The notes under the pieces are model-generated. The model made no database searches. It saw only the letters and a program-made list of their open reading frames with translations, and had not been told where the DNA came from. Positions 22,113-34,299 of a stretch of 64,000 nt of DNA are shown here, in pieces. Source of the DNA: Octopus vulgaris (Eukaryota); the NCBI GenBank assembly GCA_951406725.2, contig OX597819.1:9858001-9922000 (forward strand), in the 5' to 3' direction. Position 1 is the first letter of the stretch. The number at the start of each line of letters is the position of its first letter. A program made the position numbers and the translations under genes.

Positions 22113-25100
22113 TCAATGTGACACTTTGGATGACATCAAATGACTCATGAATTGTCCCATTCGTAAAGTCCCTTCCAAAGTTACATCATACATAATAACA
22201 TCTCCTTCGTGGTCTTCTTCAACTTCCTCAATGGAATTTGTTTTGCTAAATACTGAGATCCACCTTGGTTTCCTCAATATAGTCTTTGAGACACAACCAA
22301 TATCTTCCAAAAGTCCCAATAGTTCCTTAATGGGTACTGGCTGCAAAACAGGATTGTACTTGGCAAAAATTGTTTCTTCAGACACTCCAGGCTTGGACAT
22401 GATGAAAAACATAAGTGATTCAAGCATCATTTTTAATACATTTCTATTGAGCAAACCTTCGGGCTTTCTCCATGGACGGCAGAGTACACGCACTTTTTTG
22501 TATGTACTCAATGAAGGTGCTGTACAAGAAGAATCTTCATTCAATGCTAGTCTGGCAGGTTTCTTCTTAACTCGCTTACTCATTGAAAAATGACCTGCTG
22601 TGCTTGGATTATCAAGTAAAATGACATCATCATCTTCACCATTGTCAAATTCTTGTTCTGGAGGTTGAGAGGTACAAGCTGGTATTCGGTTGTTGCTAGG
22701 CAACCCAAATGTACTGCTGTTTGAACTACACGATGGTGTTGACTGATAGCTAAGGTTAAGGGTGCAATTGGAATTGCATTCAGCTTCAAGTTGTTTCAAT
22801 GCATTTAGAGCAGCGTCACAAGCTGATGCACCAGAATCGGCAATATTTGATTCATCAAGAGATGTGAAAGATTTGGTGTATTCCTCTTCTGGGCTAGAGA
22901 GTAAATCAGAGAAGCAATCATCAATGTTGTTCTGATCTGATCGGCCACGAGTATTTTTAAACGCATGTATAATCCATGGACGTGAATATTTGACAGAGAC
23001 GTAACGTTCTACTGTGACACCAACTTTTAGGATCAGCTGATGTTTTTCAAGGACATTCACACACCTTTTGACTTGTAACCACCGATTTTGGAAATGATAC
23101 TGGAGATCATATTTTCGGATTCCCATGCTTTGCTCTCTTTCGATAACACTCAATATTTGCAGTAGGAGACCAATATCACGAGCTGACATACTAGTCTGCT
23201 TTTGAAGATTGTCCCAAATTGTAGACACTTCTTCTGGCTGTGGTACTAACTGATATTGTTTCCTTATAATGTTCTTAAAGACTTTTTCGGTGATCCATAA
23301 AATGTCCCCTGATGACGATGCAGACTCCACAAGTAAAACATCTTTTTCAGTATTACCATGAAATTTAGGTAACAAAGAATTAAGAAGACTTATTTTAACA
23401 ACACAACTGTTGATTACAAAGTTATCTTGTGGGTTTAATTCACGCAGGTTCAAACCTGTGATATTTTCAGATCGGGCAAGGGACAGAGTCACACGAGAAA
23501 CTCTAGCATTTGTTTTCCTGGGCAAATGATGAGGTCTGATTACCAAAGGTTTTGATGTGTTGGAAGGGATTGGCTTGCTTTTTGGTGCACTAGGTCCAGA
23601 ATCATCATCTGTTAAAGGATCTTTGTTTACACTGTCTTCCCGTGGCCTCTTCCGCCCACTCTGTTGGGTTTCTTGAGAAACACTTTCACATTCTGTAGAA
23701 GATTCATTTGCAGGAGACTTTGGAGAATTCTCGGAAACCTGGAGATCTCCTTCAGCAACAGAATCATCTTCAGGTTCATTTGTCTTTGGAACTTTCCCTC
23801 GACCAATAGGATTTGATTTCAATCCCTCGGGATCAAGGACAATAATTTTATCAGGTATTGTTACATCAAACTTAGCTAATTGAAGGCCAACAATGGAAAC
23901 TATAAAAGCTGCATATCCCCCTTTTGGTACATCAGACACATTGTAACCTTCAGTTGAAGCAGATTCCACCAAATCAACCATCTCAAAGATGTCAGAAAAT
24001 AAATTAGGAGGAAACCTACTAATAAAATAATAATTGTATTTTTGGCTCAGTTGATGAGTATTTAAGGAAGAAAGGTCTGCCTCTTTCTGTTTGTTTTTAA
24101 TTACTTTTCTCTTAACTCGAGTGATCATACGATCTGACTGCATTTGTGAAAACACTTCATTCATTAAGCTCTCTGGATACTGGTTAAATAAACGGAACAT
24201 TTCATGGGCTCTGCCTTGTTTATCATTCAATGATAGATAACTGTGTATAATATTATGCAAGACTGTAGCATAGATATCATCCACTCGAGTAATATCTTTA
24301 GGTTCAGAGACCTTCTTCCATTTACCAATTTGGGTTAAAATGTAGTTATTGTTAAGCTGATTCAGAGAATTTGGAAGATCACATCTTTGTGTGTATTTAT
24401 CTGAAGAAAATTTCTCAATTAATCGGTTTACTAGATCCTCAAATATTTTGTCAGTTTCATCATCCTGAACATATTTAAATCTCTTGTAACCGAAATCTTC
24501 CATAAGTTTGGAGTCATGCAATGCTTCTTGTAAAAATGCAGAAACATTAAGAACTGTTTGAGGATTCTTCAGAACAAATGATACTCTTCGCTGACATGCT
24601 TTTGACGTTTTATCTTTAGCATAATCTGGATATTTATCCATAAGTAAATCTCGAATCTTGGTCCAAGAAACAATCATACGACTAAGTACGTTGGGTCTTC
24701 TATTTTCCATGAAAAGATTGGCAACTTTGCACAGAAGCAAAAAGCTGTCTTCCTGCTGTGACCAAACAACTCTTTCCTTGGTCTTACTTTTTAAAGCTAA
24801 TTTATCTCGTTCATCATAAATCTCAGTACGTTTACGAGCTTTCTTTTTTAATCCTTTGTTCAAATAACCAAATAATTTCCGTTTTTTTGGTTTGGGAATT
24901 TTTGACAAAGGAAATTTTGATTTTCCTTCTTTGTCATTTGGGTTTTCAGATGCATTTTTTTTCCCAAAAGTTTCAGCAGCCTCATCACTTTTATCAAGCG
25001 CCAGTCTCCTTTTTGGTCCAAAAAGTCGAGGAAGTCTCTGGCTAAGAGAATTCTCTTCAAAGATAGTTGGATGTAAGGGGGAGATTACATCACTAGATTT

Positions 25101-28100
25101 TTTATCTACTCTTTTTTCTTTAACAATATTCTTCCATTGACTGGTCTCAGCATACCAAAACCAATTCCGAGAGATATGGCAAAATAGAGAAGAGTCGAAG
25201 CCGGCAGCACCTAATCCATCACCAGGTATGGCACCATTGTCAACAACTGTATCCGGTGTCTTTGCAGATTGAGCATCAGACAAACTATAAGAGACTGGGG
25301 CTACACCATGTTCTTCTTCCCATTTTACTTCATCAACCACTTTGTGATATCTTCCTAATGGAGTATTCAATGCAGTGACTCTAAAACAGAACCAATAATT
25401 TTCAAGAACTTCCCAGCTATCTAAATGAAAGGATTCAATTGGAAATGTTTGTCCTTCAGGTGGGCGAACCTGACAGTAGCCAACAACAGAACTTTTCGTA
25501 TCAACCAGTTTAGCATTTTTGTGAAGGTAAATAAACACTTGGTCTTTCTCTTTGAGGACTTGATCTCCAAATGAGAGTAACCCCATTTGACAGAGTAAGG
25601 TACAAACTTCATAAAACGTAAATATGTAACGACGAGCATAGAGGAGTTGCTGGGTAAGTTTAAAAGGCAGGTAAGTTATAGGATAGTAGCGTTTCACAGG
25701 ATCTGCAAGAAATTCTTTCAGACCATTAATTTTGTATGGAAGAGAGACTATTTGACAAAATAACTGTAGGGGTAACAAAAGCAAAACGTCACTGATAAGA
25801 CACCAGCCGACCTGGAATCCAGAATGTAGAGGCAAAGGAGCAAGATAACGCCGCCATGAATTGTCATCAACATACACAGGAGGGACACTTTCAGTTGATT
25901 TTATGTTCCACTCCACATTACCATCAACATCAGTCTCAGGTATCAGAGCCTGAGGTGAATCATAAGTTGTGGTAGTTGTGATGTCGCTATCAGGGTCGGC
26001 TTTCACCTCCAAAGCAGGATCTTTACGAATTTGGTCATTCGGTATGGGTGTCTTGTTTCTATTAGCATATATCAAGTACCACAGTAATTTGTGGACAGTT
26101 TCAGCTTTACGAAACTTTGGTAAGACACCATACTTTCTCATATATGATGGATCATAACGCATATCACATGCTTTCATCTTGCTTCGGTGGTCATGCAGTT
26201 TGCGCACACTATCTTGGACACTAGGAGGCATATCTTTCATAAGCAAACGGCTGTTCATCTTCATACGCTCAGATTCACGTAAATGCTCTTTGCAAACCCC
26301 AAAATATTTCAGTTTAGCTTGTTCTATAGCACTCTTCACTATTTGATGATCAGGTGTGATACTGGGATCACAAATGAACGTTAATTCTTTTTGTTTATTA
26401 TCAGTTTTAATTATGGTTTTTATTAACCGGATTTGTCCATTCTTTTGGAGACGTCGCAGGATACGGTCGACAGATTTCTTGTCAATTTGAGTTGATTCGC
26501 CCATGGCTTTTTCTTTATTTAAAATCATATTCTTTAAAGCAAATGTCTTATCAACTAGTTTAGCTTCTTGAACAGCTTCAATGATCCAGTTGGTCCGCTG
26601 AAGGACCTTTGAAGTGAGGCGTGGCTTTTTAGTATCATCCTCTTCCTGCATATTCATTACAGGATCAACAGTAGCATCTTGTTGATTGGTTCCACTTGAA
26701 TTAGTGTGTGGGGCTGAATCTTTATTCTTCTCCTCAGATGTTAACCCCTTCTGCTGGGGTGTAGACTTAAATGGAAGCTTGGGAGTTGACTTTATCAACT
26801 GTTCCATTTTGTTTCTTTCTTTCTCTAAATCCATATGTAATTTACTGGTGTTGGCGAATTTATAGGAGATATACATAGCTTTACGCTGTCTGCCAACATC
26901 TAACATAACTGAGTGAGATGCTTTGGTCCGAGTCAAATACTTCAGGACACTACGGCTTTCAAAAGTTGAAATGTTCATACACTTCATCATATCTTTAAGA
27001 GACATGCCCCCAGGACCAGCACATTCAAGTAAATCATTTGCTTGTTGGATAAAAGGCCTTTCCCATAGTAATTTTATTGGCTCTGATTTGTTTTTTTCAT
27101 CTTTAGTCACTGTCGCAGTATCTTCTCCCTCTTCGTCACTTTCTATTTCTTCTTCATCTTCATCTTCCTCGACACCATACTCTCTTATCATCTGAATTAC
27201 ACGAACTGTTTTCTCCTTATACTTTTTGTTTTTCACATTCTCAATAACTTCCGAGTCTGGATACATATCTCTGTAGTTCATATTAAATATCCGCACATAT
27301 CTAGTAGAAGCCCGACACAGCTTCTTGAAGGACTGATCATCAATCCCGATATCTTCCTTACAAATAGCAACCTCTTCTTGGTGGCTGTATTTGGTCTTCA
27401 AGTAGCTGGTGAGGCGTTCTAGTAGAACCATGTACCGAGATTTCTTTTCAGAGTAAAATCGAGGTAGGTGTAATAATCTAGTGTGGACCTGTTTATTTAC
27501 AACATTGGTCATAGCAAATACTTGCTTACGGACAAGTGATAAACGTATTAGTAACTTAAAATAATGAAACATAAGTTTTGGCGAATCGCTAAAAACAGCC
27601 AAACTGTTGTGTCCTCGAGTGAGTTCCCCAATATAACGAGAACGACCAATTCTTTCTAAGATGCAATATGGTAAATCCAGCAACCTCATATTTGGGTCTC
27701 TGTCTGGTCCAAACAGAGACATACTTCGTAAGTTCTGAGAAGCAACGATAACCATTCTCTCGCCCCATAGTGCTTCGGCTTCTTCTAAACTACAAAGCTT
27801 TTGGTAATCATCTGAACGTATTTGATTTGTGATATTTAATCGAGTTGAATAAGTGGAGCATGAACCTTGGACACATGGGTTATCTTTGACCACTTCAATA
27901 GGATAGCAGTCGACAATCTTGGCAGCTTCAATCCATTGACCTGTAGAAGGGTCTTGGTAATCAAAATGGTTGATGGTAACAAGTGGGAGGCGGTCAGTTG
28001 GGAGTTCATAGAACTGAAGTTGATCTTGAATTACTAAAGAATTCCAGATAAATTCTTTAGATTGATCGTCTATTTTGAAAGCAAAGTTTGGGCGGTCTTT

Positions 28101-28190
28101 AAGTCGTATCCATAATGTGTTAAGTGTTGTCCCATCTAACCCTTCTAAAGCCACTTCATCCAACAGATCCCCAACAAAGTCAGCAGCCAT
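22113..28190 (-). CDS. GTF3C1: General transcription factor 3C polypeptide 1 (TFIIIC220/alpha, B-box-binding subunit); complete single-exon CDS, 2025 aa
   Basis: Uninterrupted 6078-bp ORF. N-terminus 'LLDEVALEGLDG', B-block domain motif 'YCILERIGRSR', central 'GDGLGAAGFDSSLF.H..RNW' and C-terminal 'RPWR..G.LN...K.M.E.....IM..PG' match my recollection of metazoan GTF3C1. Length is typical for this subunit. Confidence 0.96.
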   Translation of the reverse strand: MAADFVGDLLDEVALEGLDGTTLNTLWIRLKDRPNFAFKIDDQSKEFIWNSLVIQDQLQFYELPTDRLPLVTINHFDYQDPSTGQWIEAAKIVDCYPIEVVKDNPCVQGSCSTYSTRLNITNQIRSDDYQKLCSLEEAEALWGERMVIVASQNLRSMSLFGPDRDPNMRLLDLPYCILERIGRSRYIGELTRGHNSLAVFSDSPKLMFHYFKLLIRLSLVRKQVFAMTNVVNKQVHTRLLHLPRFYSEKKSRYMVLLERLTSYLKTKYSHQEEVAICKEDIGIDDQSFKKLCRASTRYVRIFNMNYRDMYPDSEVIENVKNKKYKEKTVRVIQMIREYGVEEDEDEEEIESDEEGEDTATVTKDEKNKSEPIKLLWERPFIQQANDLLECAGPGGMSLKDMMKCMNISTFESRSVLKYLTRTKASHSVMLDVGRQRKAMYISYKFANTSKLHMDLEKERNKMEQLIKSTPKLPFKSTPQQKGLTSEEKNKDSAPHTNSSGTNQQDATVDPVMNMQEEDDTKKPRLTSKVLQRTNWIIEAVQEAKLVDKTFALKNMILNKEKAMGESTQIDKKSVDRILRRLQKNGQIRLIKTIIKTDNKQKELTFICDPSITPDHQIVKSAIEQAKLKYFGVCKEHLRESERMKMNSRLLMKDMPPSVQDSVRKLHDHRSKMKACDMRYDPSYMRKYGVLPKFRKAETVHKLLWYLIYANRNKTPIPNDQIRKDPALEVKADPDSDITTTTTYDSPQALIPETDVDGNVEWNIKSTESVPPVYVDDNSWRRYLAPLPLHSGFQVGWCLISDVLLLLPLQLFCQIVSLPYKINGLKEFLADPVKRYYPITYLPFKLTQQLLYARRYIFTFYEVCTLLCQMGLLSFGDQVLKEKDQVFIYLHKNAKLVDTKSSVVGYCQVRPPEGQTFPIESFHLDSWEVLENYWFCFRVTALNTPLGRYHKVVDEVKWEEEHGVAPVSYSLSDAQSAKTPDTVVDNGAIPGDGLGAAGFDSSLFCHISRNWFWYAETSQWKNIVKEKRVDKKSSDVISPLHPTIFEENSLSQRLPRLFGPKRRLALDKSDEAAETFGKKNASENPNDKEGKSKFPLSKIPKPKKRKLFGYLNKGLKKKARKRTEIYDERDKLALKSKTKERVVWSQQEDSFLLLCKVANLFMENRRPNVLSRMIVSWTKIRDLLMDKYPDYAKDKTSKACQRRVSFVLKNPQTVLNVSAFLQEALHDSKLMEDFGYKRFKYVQDDETDKIFEDLVNRLIEKFSSDKYTQRCDLPNSLNQLNNNYILTQIGKWKKVSEPKDITRVDDIYATVLHNIIHSYLSLNDKQGRAHEMFRLFNQYPESLMNEVFSQMQSDRMITRVKRKVIKNKQKEADLSSLNTHQLSQKYNYYFISRFPPNLFSDIFEMVDLVESASTEGYNVSDVPKGGYAAFIVSIVGLQLAKFDVTIPDKIIVLDPEGLKSNPIGRGKVPKTNEPEDDSVAEGDLQVSENSPKSPANESSTECESVSQETQQSGRKRPREDSVNKDPLTDDDSGPSAPKSKPIPSNTSKPLVIRPHHLPRKTNARVSRVTLSLARSENITGLNLRELNPQDNFVINSCVVKISLLNSLLPKFHGNTEKDVLLVESASSSGDILWITEKVFKNIIRKQYQLVPQPEEVSTIWDNLQKQTSMSARDIGLLLQILSVIEREQSMGIRKYDLQYHFQNRWLQVKRCVNVLEKHQLILKVGVTVERYVSVKYSRPWIIHAFKNTRGRSDQNNIDDCFSDLLSSPEEEYTKSFTSLDESNIADSGASACDAALNALKQLEAECNSNCTLNLSYQSTPSCSSNSSTFGLPSNNRIPACTSQPPEQEFDNGEDDDVILLDNPSTAGHFSMSKRVKKKPARLALNEDSSCTAPSLSTYKKVRVLCRPWRKPEGLLNRNVLKMMLESLMFFIMSKPGVSEETIFAKYNPVLQPVPIKELLGLLEDIGCVSKTILRKPRWISVFSKTNSIEEVEEDHEGDVIMYDVTLEGTLRMGQFMSHLMSSKVSH

Positions 28191-28198
28191 GTTGGAAA

Positions 28199-28222
28199 CC
28201 TAAAAAATGAGGAAGCAAAACT
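28199..28222 (-). other. 3' splice acceptor opening the GTF3C1 coding exon
   Basis: Minus strand reads ttttgcttcctcattttttAG|GTTTCCAACATG: a polypyrimidine tract and AG 9 nt before the start codon. Confidence 0.8.
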
Positions 28223-28687
28223 TTATTAGATTAAACTGGAAAAATAGTGAGAAATTTAAGAGATATCAATCAAAAAGACAGTCACAAAAGCAAAAGGCCT
28301 AACTATAACATTGAAAAATGCAAAACAAAAATGTTTAACAAAATATTAACCAGTTTTAAAGTGAATCAAACGTTAGCAGTTCTATATATGTTTAGTTATC
28401 TGAACTACTTATGTTGACTTTATTGGACAATTTGAATATTTTATATTTCTATTCTTGTTTATTTTTTACATATTTAAAAATAATCAAAACTGTAAATAGT
28501 TTTTTTTTTTAAGTTGTAAAGTTATTCAATTTGTGTTTCCTATAAATTTTCATTATAAAATTCTACAAATAATTTTCCAGTGAGATGCCGTAGATCATAC
28601 TCAAAATTTAAGACTTCTATTAACCATGAAATAACAATTCTCCCCTTCTATCAACTCTTGTTGTCTTAGCCTCCATTCTGCTTTATA

Positions 28688-29516
28688 TTAAACCCTCTAG
28701 CATTCAGATTATTCTGTCAAATTTAAAGTGTGTTTATTCACATATCTTGAATTAATCACCCATTGTCATGTAGATTCAAGATTTCAAATGATGTAATAGT
28801 TTTATTTTGAGAATGACATTTTAGGGTAGGTATAAAAGGTCAGATCTGGTCGGTTTGAATATAAAACAAGTAGAATAATTTAGTCAGATATGGCTAGTTT
28901 AAATTCTGAACGGTTAACCCTTGAGCATTCAGATCAAATGTAACGCTTCTTTATTCACATTGTTTTAAAAGTGAAGTTGTATGTCTGTCTCCTACGATTT
29001 AGATTCCTAACTACTCCCACATTTTGCGGTGCAGTTTAACCAAAACCGGGTATCTTATAGTCGTGATTCATATCGAGCCCTTCTGGATATTAGCGCACGT
29101 CTACAATGAGTCTATGATTTTAAAAATAATTTACCATCATTTTTTTCCATTTTAATGCATTTTTTCGCTATTATATAAGGGAAGTAACTCTCTAAAAATG
29201 TCTACGATTAGTCAACGATTTTTAAAAAAAATTTACCATAATTTTTTTTCCATTTTTAATGCATCTTTTTTGCTATTTTTTGGCTATAACTCTCTAAAAA
29301 TGCTTATATAGTTATTTCCCTTACAAACCCGAGCAACGCCGGGCGATACTGCTAGTTAACAATATATTGTCTCATAGCTTCAAGATTTCAGTGTAATTGC
29401 TTATTTTTAGAATGACATTGCAGGTTAGGTATGAGAGGCTGGATCTAGCTGATCTGAACATAAAACAGATAGCATATTTGGGCCAGATATGGCCGGTTTG
29501 AATGCTAAAGGGTCAA
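28688..29516. mobile_element. Two tandem P1 MITEs sharing the TTAA at 28914-28917; the second contains a Helitron
   Basis: Both bodies match P1. Confidence 0.75.
28966..29355 (+). mobile_element. Helitron H1 nested in a piggyBac-like MITE
   Basis: H1 body and CTAG end; the first bases are missing. Confidence 0.85.
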
Positions 29517-30043
29517 ATACTATCTCTCATTAAAACTGGGGTCCCCACCCACCTTCTAAAAACATTTTTACAACCACAAACCTTCGAAGATACAAAATAA
29601 ATACTTAACCACATAAATCTTGCTCAATAAGGGCAATGCGCCAACCGCGTTGCTTAACTTGCCAACAGCAGCAGTCAAATCTCCCTAAAATCACACACTA
29701 CTGTTCTAAAAGTGGAATAACTCATTAAACAAAACAACCTTCAATCCATGTTCCTCAAAAGAGACTGTAGTACCCTCTTGGAAAGTGTTATAGAATATTT
29801 GGGGGTGGTGCCGGTTGTGACCATCTACACTTTATATTAAAGACCAATACAGATGATGAGAGTAAAAAAAACTGCTTTCATTTGTAGTGGGGGGGGGGGG
29901 AGATACTCTTCATAAAAAAAAACTGGTTGAGAACCACTGTCCTAGATAAATTGCTTGGAAAGACAGGATGGTCATGTTTAGCATACCATTGACTGTAAGG
30001 TTGCTCAATCAGATTTCAGATTTTACCTAACAACCATGCCTAA

Positions 30044-30434
30044 TCTTTATATATAAAAGTGAAGTTGTGTGAGTGTCTGTCTCCTACAATTTAGATTCCT
30101 AACTACTCCCACATTTTGTGGTGCAGTTTAACCAAAACCGGGTATCTTATAGTCGTGATTCATATCGAGCCCTTCTGGGTATTAGCGCGCGTCTACAATG
30201 AATCTACGATTTTTAAAAAAATTTACCATCATTTTTTTCCCATTTTAATGCATTTTCTCGCTATTATATAAGGGAAGTAACTCTCTAAAAATATCTACGA
30301 TGAGTCAACGATTTAAAAAAAATTTACCATCATTTTTCTTCCATTTTTAATGCATTTTTTGGCTATAACTCTCTAAAAATGCTTATATAGTTATTTCCCT
30401 TACAAACCCGAGCAACGCCGGGTGATACTGCTAG
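30044..30434 (+). mobile_element. Helitron H1
   Basis: A|TC ... CTAG|T termini. Confidence 0.88.
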
Positions 30435-30920
30435 TTATTCTATAAAAAGGCTATAGACCTCATCCCTCTCAACAAACTAACACTCATTGTAACCTTGTAA
30501 TCCTACTGGGTCTAAGGTATCTTTGACTAACGACTGAGAAGAAGGAGGATGGTATGATTTCCATTGCATTTTTCCAATCCTGTAATGATAGTGGATGAGA
30601 TTGAATTTATTACTGCAAGCTAACAAACCTCATTAATTACAGTGGTACACTATAGTAGCCAGCAGCAGCAGGCAATTAGAGCTAAGTAAATTCACCAATA
30701 GAGAAATAAATGTCTCGACCACTATACACTATGATATCTTACGACAAAAGAACAACTATAGATTCAGACTATGCAAAAGAGTTGGAGCCAATTTATTAAG
30801 GATCAACTCCAAGCTGACATTTTAAAGACAAGTTTGTATTCCTGCTGTCCATGTGAACACAAAAAGAAATAAGAATGTTTTTATGGAATATTCTTTCATT
30901 CTTCTATACATCCGATTATA

Positions 30921-31313
30921 TCTATATATATAAAACTGTAGTTGTGTGAGTGTCTGTCCCCTTCGATTTAGATTCCTAACTACTCCCACATTTTGCGGTG
31001 CAGTTTAACCAAAACCGGGTATCTTATAGTCGTGATTCATATCGAGCCCTTCTGGGTATTAGCGCACGTCTACGATGAGTCTACGATTTTTAAAATAATT
31101 TACCATCATTTTTTCCATTTTCATGCATATTTTTTTAAAGGGAAGTAACTCTCTAAAAATGTCTACGATGAGTCAACGATTTAAAAAAAATTTACCATCA
31201 TATTTTTTCCATTTTTAATGTATTTTTTTGCTATTTTTTGGCTATAACTCTCTAAAAATGCTTATATAGTTATTTCCCTTACAAACCCGAGCAACGCCGG
31301 GCGATACTGCTAG
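30921..31313 (+). mobile_element. Helitron H1
   Basis: A|TC ... CTAG|T termini. Confidence 0.88.
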
Positions 31314-31662
31314 TTTTAAATAAATTTTATTAAGAATTCCAATTATTTACTAGTTAGAGGAGGTAACTTTTAACCTTGCATTAATTAGCAGCAATACTTT
31401 TCTAGAACATAAAAGCAGAATAGTCAAGTGGATAAGTTATTAACTACCTGCCTATGGGATCACCAGTTCAAATCCATTGAGGGTGGTTTGCTGAGTTTCT
31501 GAGGATGTGTTATTCTACATTGCCTTGGTTCATCTGAAATAGTCACCATGTCAAAGGGAAAGAAATTACCTATAATAGACTGGCATTTTATTCCAGGTGC
31601 AATATATTTCTGAAACTGGATCCCCTGTATAGCTTATTGCAGTCTACAAGACATTTAATATT

Positions 31663-31887
31663 TACTCTTTTACTTGTTTCAGTCATTTGACCGTGGCCAT
31701 GCTGGAGCACCGCCTTTAGTCGAGCAAATCGACCCCGGGACTTATTCTCTGTAAGCCCAGTACTTATTCTATCAGTCTCTTTTGCCGAACTGCTAAGTGA
31801 CGGGGACGTAAACACACAAGCATCGGTTGTCAAGCAATGCTAGGGAAACAAACACAGACACACACACAAACACACACACATACATAC

Positions 31888-31937
<50 letters not shown>

Positions 31938-32102
31938 ATAAATACGACAGGCTTCTTTCAGTTTCCGTCTACCAAATCCACTCACAAGGCATTGGTCGGC
32001 CCGGGGCTATAACAGAAGAGACTTGCCCAAGATGCCACGCAGTGGGACTGAACCCGGAACCATGTGGTTGGTTAGCAAGCTACTTACCACACAGCCACTC
32101 CT
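31663..32102 (-). mobile_element. SINE family B copy
   Basis: Full-length match to family B. Confidence 0.85.
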
Positions 32103-32536
32103 ATTTATTTATTTTTGAAAAACCTTTCCTCTAACTTCTAATCATCATCATCATCACCAGCAGTAAATTATACACCTCACTGATTTTGAATACTATTATG
32201 AAGAGAGGTGCTATTCCCTGTATGCCCACTCGGAAGACAAAAAAATTGTTTCATAAATAAACCTGCCCAGAAATTTTATTCAAACAGTCTGGCACCCAGA
32301 ACGACCATATTTCATGAGGCCTATCAAGATATTGTCTTTTTTCATGCAATTTATCAAATTTGGTTTAATGTGTCATGGAAGCATGCAAGCCGCAGAGACA
32401 AGGAAGAGAAGGGAGGAGGGAGGAGAGGAGACGTGAGAGGATTCACATACATAAAACATCAAGTGTAGATAAGTTTAATTTGTGGATACAGTGGTTGAAC
32501 ACCAAATAGTCTGACAATGTCTGAATGTGTTTGTCT

Positions 32537-32926
32537 GGGATGGAAGCACTCCGTCGGTTACGATGACGAGGGTTCCGGTTGAACCGAATCAACGGAACAG
32601 CCAGCTCGTGAAATTAACGTGTAAGTGGCTGAGCACTCCACAGACACGTGTACCCTTGACGTAGTTCTCGGGGATATTCAGCGTGACACGGAGAGTGACA
32701 AGGCCGGTCCTTTGAAATACAAGTACAAGAGAAATAGGAAGTAAGAGTGAGAGAAAGTTGTGGTGAAAGAGTACAGCAGGGATCACCACCATCCCCTGCC
32801 GGAGCCACGTGGAGCTTTTAGGTGTTTTCGCTCAATAAACACTCACAACGCCCGGTCTGGGAATCGAAACCGCGATCCTATGACCATGAGTCCGCTGCCC
32901 TAACCACTGAGCCATTGCGCCTCCAC
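32537..32926 (-). mobile_element. SINE family A copy
   Basis: Near-identical to 512-897; TSD gtgtttgtct. Confidence 0.9.
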
Positions 32927-33269
32927 AAGTGTTTGTCTAAGAGTCACTGTTCTTAAAAAGGCTGTGCACACCAACAAAACGGACCACTTCACACATGTAT
33001 ATATAACAGAGACATAGAACAAGCAAACAAACATGTAAGAGCCACAGAAACACATCCAAATAAGCAGGCAGAAAAACAATCACACAGAATTATATGTCCA
33101 GTCAGACATACAAGACACCCAGGTGCACTGGGAAAGCCAAGCTGACATATAAGCAGAAACACAGCTAGAAATAGACTGGGCAGTTAAACTGATTAGGCAG
33201 AAAAACAGATGGACTTTACACACACACACACACAATGTGTTTCTATCAGCTTCCATCTATGAAATTCAC

Positions 33270-33499
33270 TTAACCCTTTCATTACCAACCCGGCTGAAAC
33301 CGGCTCTGGAACTGTGCTACAAATGTTTCATTTTCGTAAGCTTTGAATTAAAATCTTCCACCAAACCTTAGTCACAATTTATGTTCTTAACACTAGCTTA
33401 ATGATAACTAAATCATTTTACTAAATTCTTTTGTTATATTTAAAATAATTGAAAGAAACTCAGAGCATCTCAAAATAAATACGGTAACGAAAGGGTTAA
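33270..33499. mobile_element. piggyBac-like MITE, family P2
   Basis: TTAA-CCCTTTCATTACC ... GGTAACGAAAGGG-TTAA; sits within an old family B SINE. Confidence 0.85.
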
Positions 33500-33755
33500 A
33501 AGCCTTCTACTACAGCCTGGGGCTATAGCAGAAGACACTTGCCCAAGGAGCCATGCAGTAGGACTGAACCTAAAACCATGTGGATGGGAAGCAAACTTCT
33601 TAACCAAACAGCCACACCTTAGTGTGTGTGTGTCTGTGTGTGCATGTGTAAAACTTTACTTGGAAACAGGTGAGGAGTTGGCAGCAAATGACACACACAC
33701 TATATAAATACACACACACGACATGATGGGTATATTTGCCTACACAAAATAGGCA

Positions 33756-33830
33756 ACTTACCTGCAGTCATCATCAGTGGTATTGTGAGAGATGGACTAT
33801 GATAGTTAATAAGCAGTATATATACTCTTG
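33756..33830 (-). other. Candidate non-coding 5'UTR exon of GTF3C1
   Basis: Perfect donor CAG|GTAAGT on the minus strand (plus strand acttacctg, about 33756-33764) in non-repetitive sequence. Acceptor uncertain. Confidence 0.35.
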
Positions 33831-34299
33831 GTATTTGGTAGACAATTTCAACAAACAAGAGAACATACAAATCAGCCACGACATATGTGTGTGCATATAT
33901 TTTGTGTGTCTATGAATTGTGCATTTTATTTATTTATCTTAAAACATCTGCATTTAGCCACTAGTTAAGCTAAGTTGTCCAGGAACAAATTTGGTACAGA
34001 TTGTTAAGGTAGCAATATAAAACAAAAAAAGGAAAATTGCAGGGGTTTGTCACAAGAAAAAAATCATTTACAAATTAGCCATGGCTATTTCAGTTTACAA
34101 TTTGCACAAGATAGCAGTGGATGTAACATTTGAAAACACATTCAAACCAAAAGCCATTGAGAGAATCTCTATATGGTTGCTTGGCTTGCAATAAATAGCA
34201 ACCAAATTTCCCTCGTATTACACCCTATCAACCCTAAAATAAGATCAGCATCTTAGTTAATGTAGTCCTAGATATAGATAAAAACCAGATGGCTTATGA

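Noticed and set aside
22147-27195. Antisense and alternative-frame ORFs within GTF3C1
   Set aside because: Expected shadow ORFs of a long coding exon, with no recognisable motifs.
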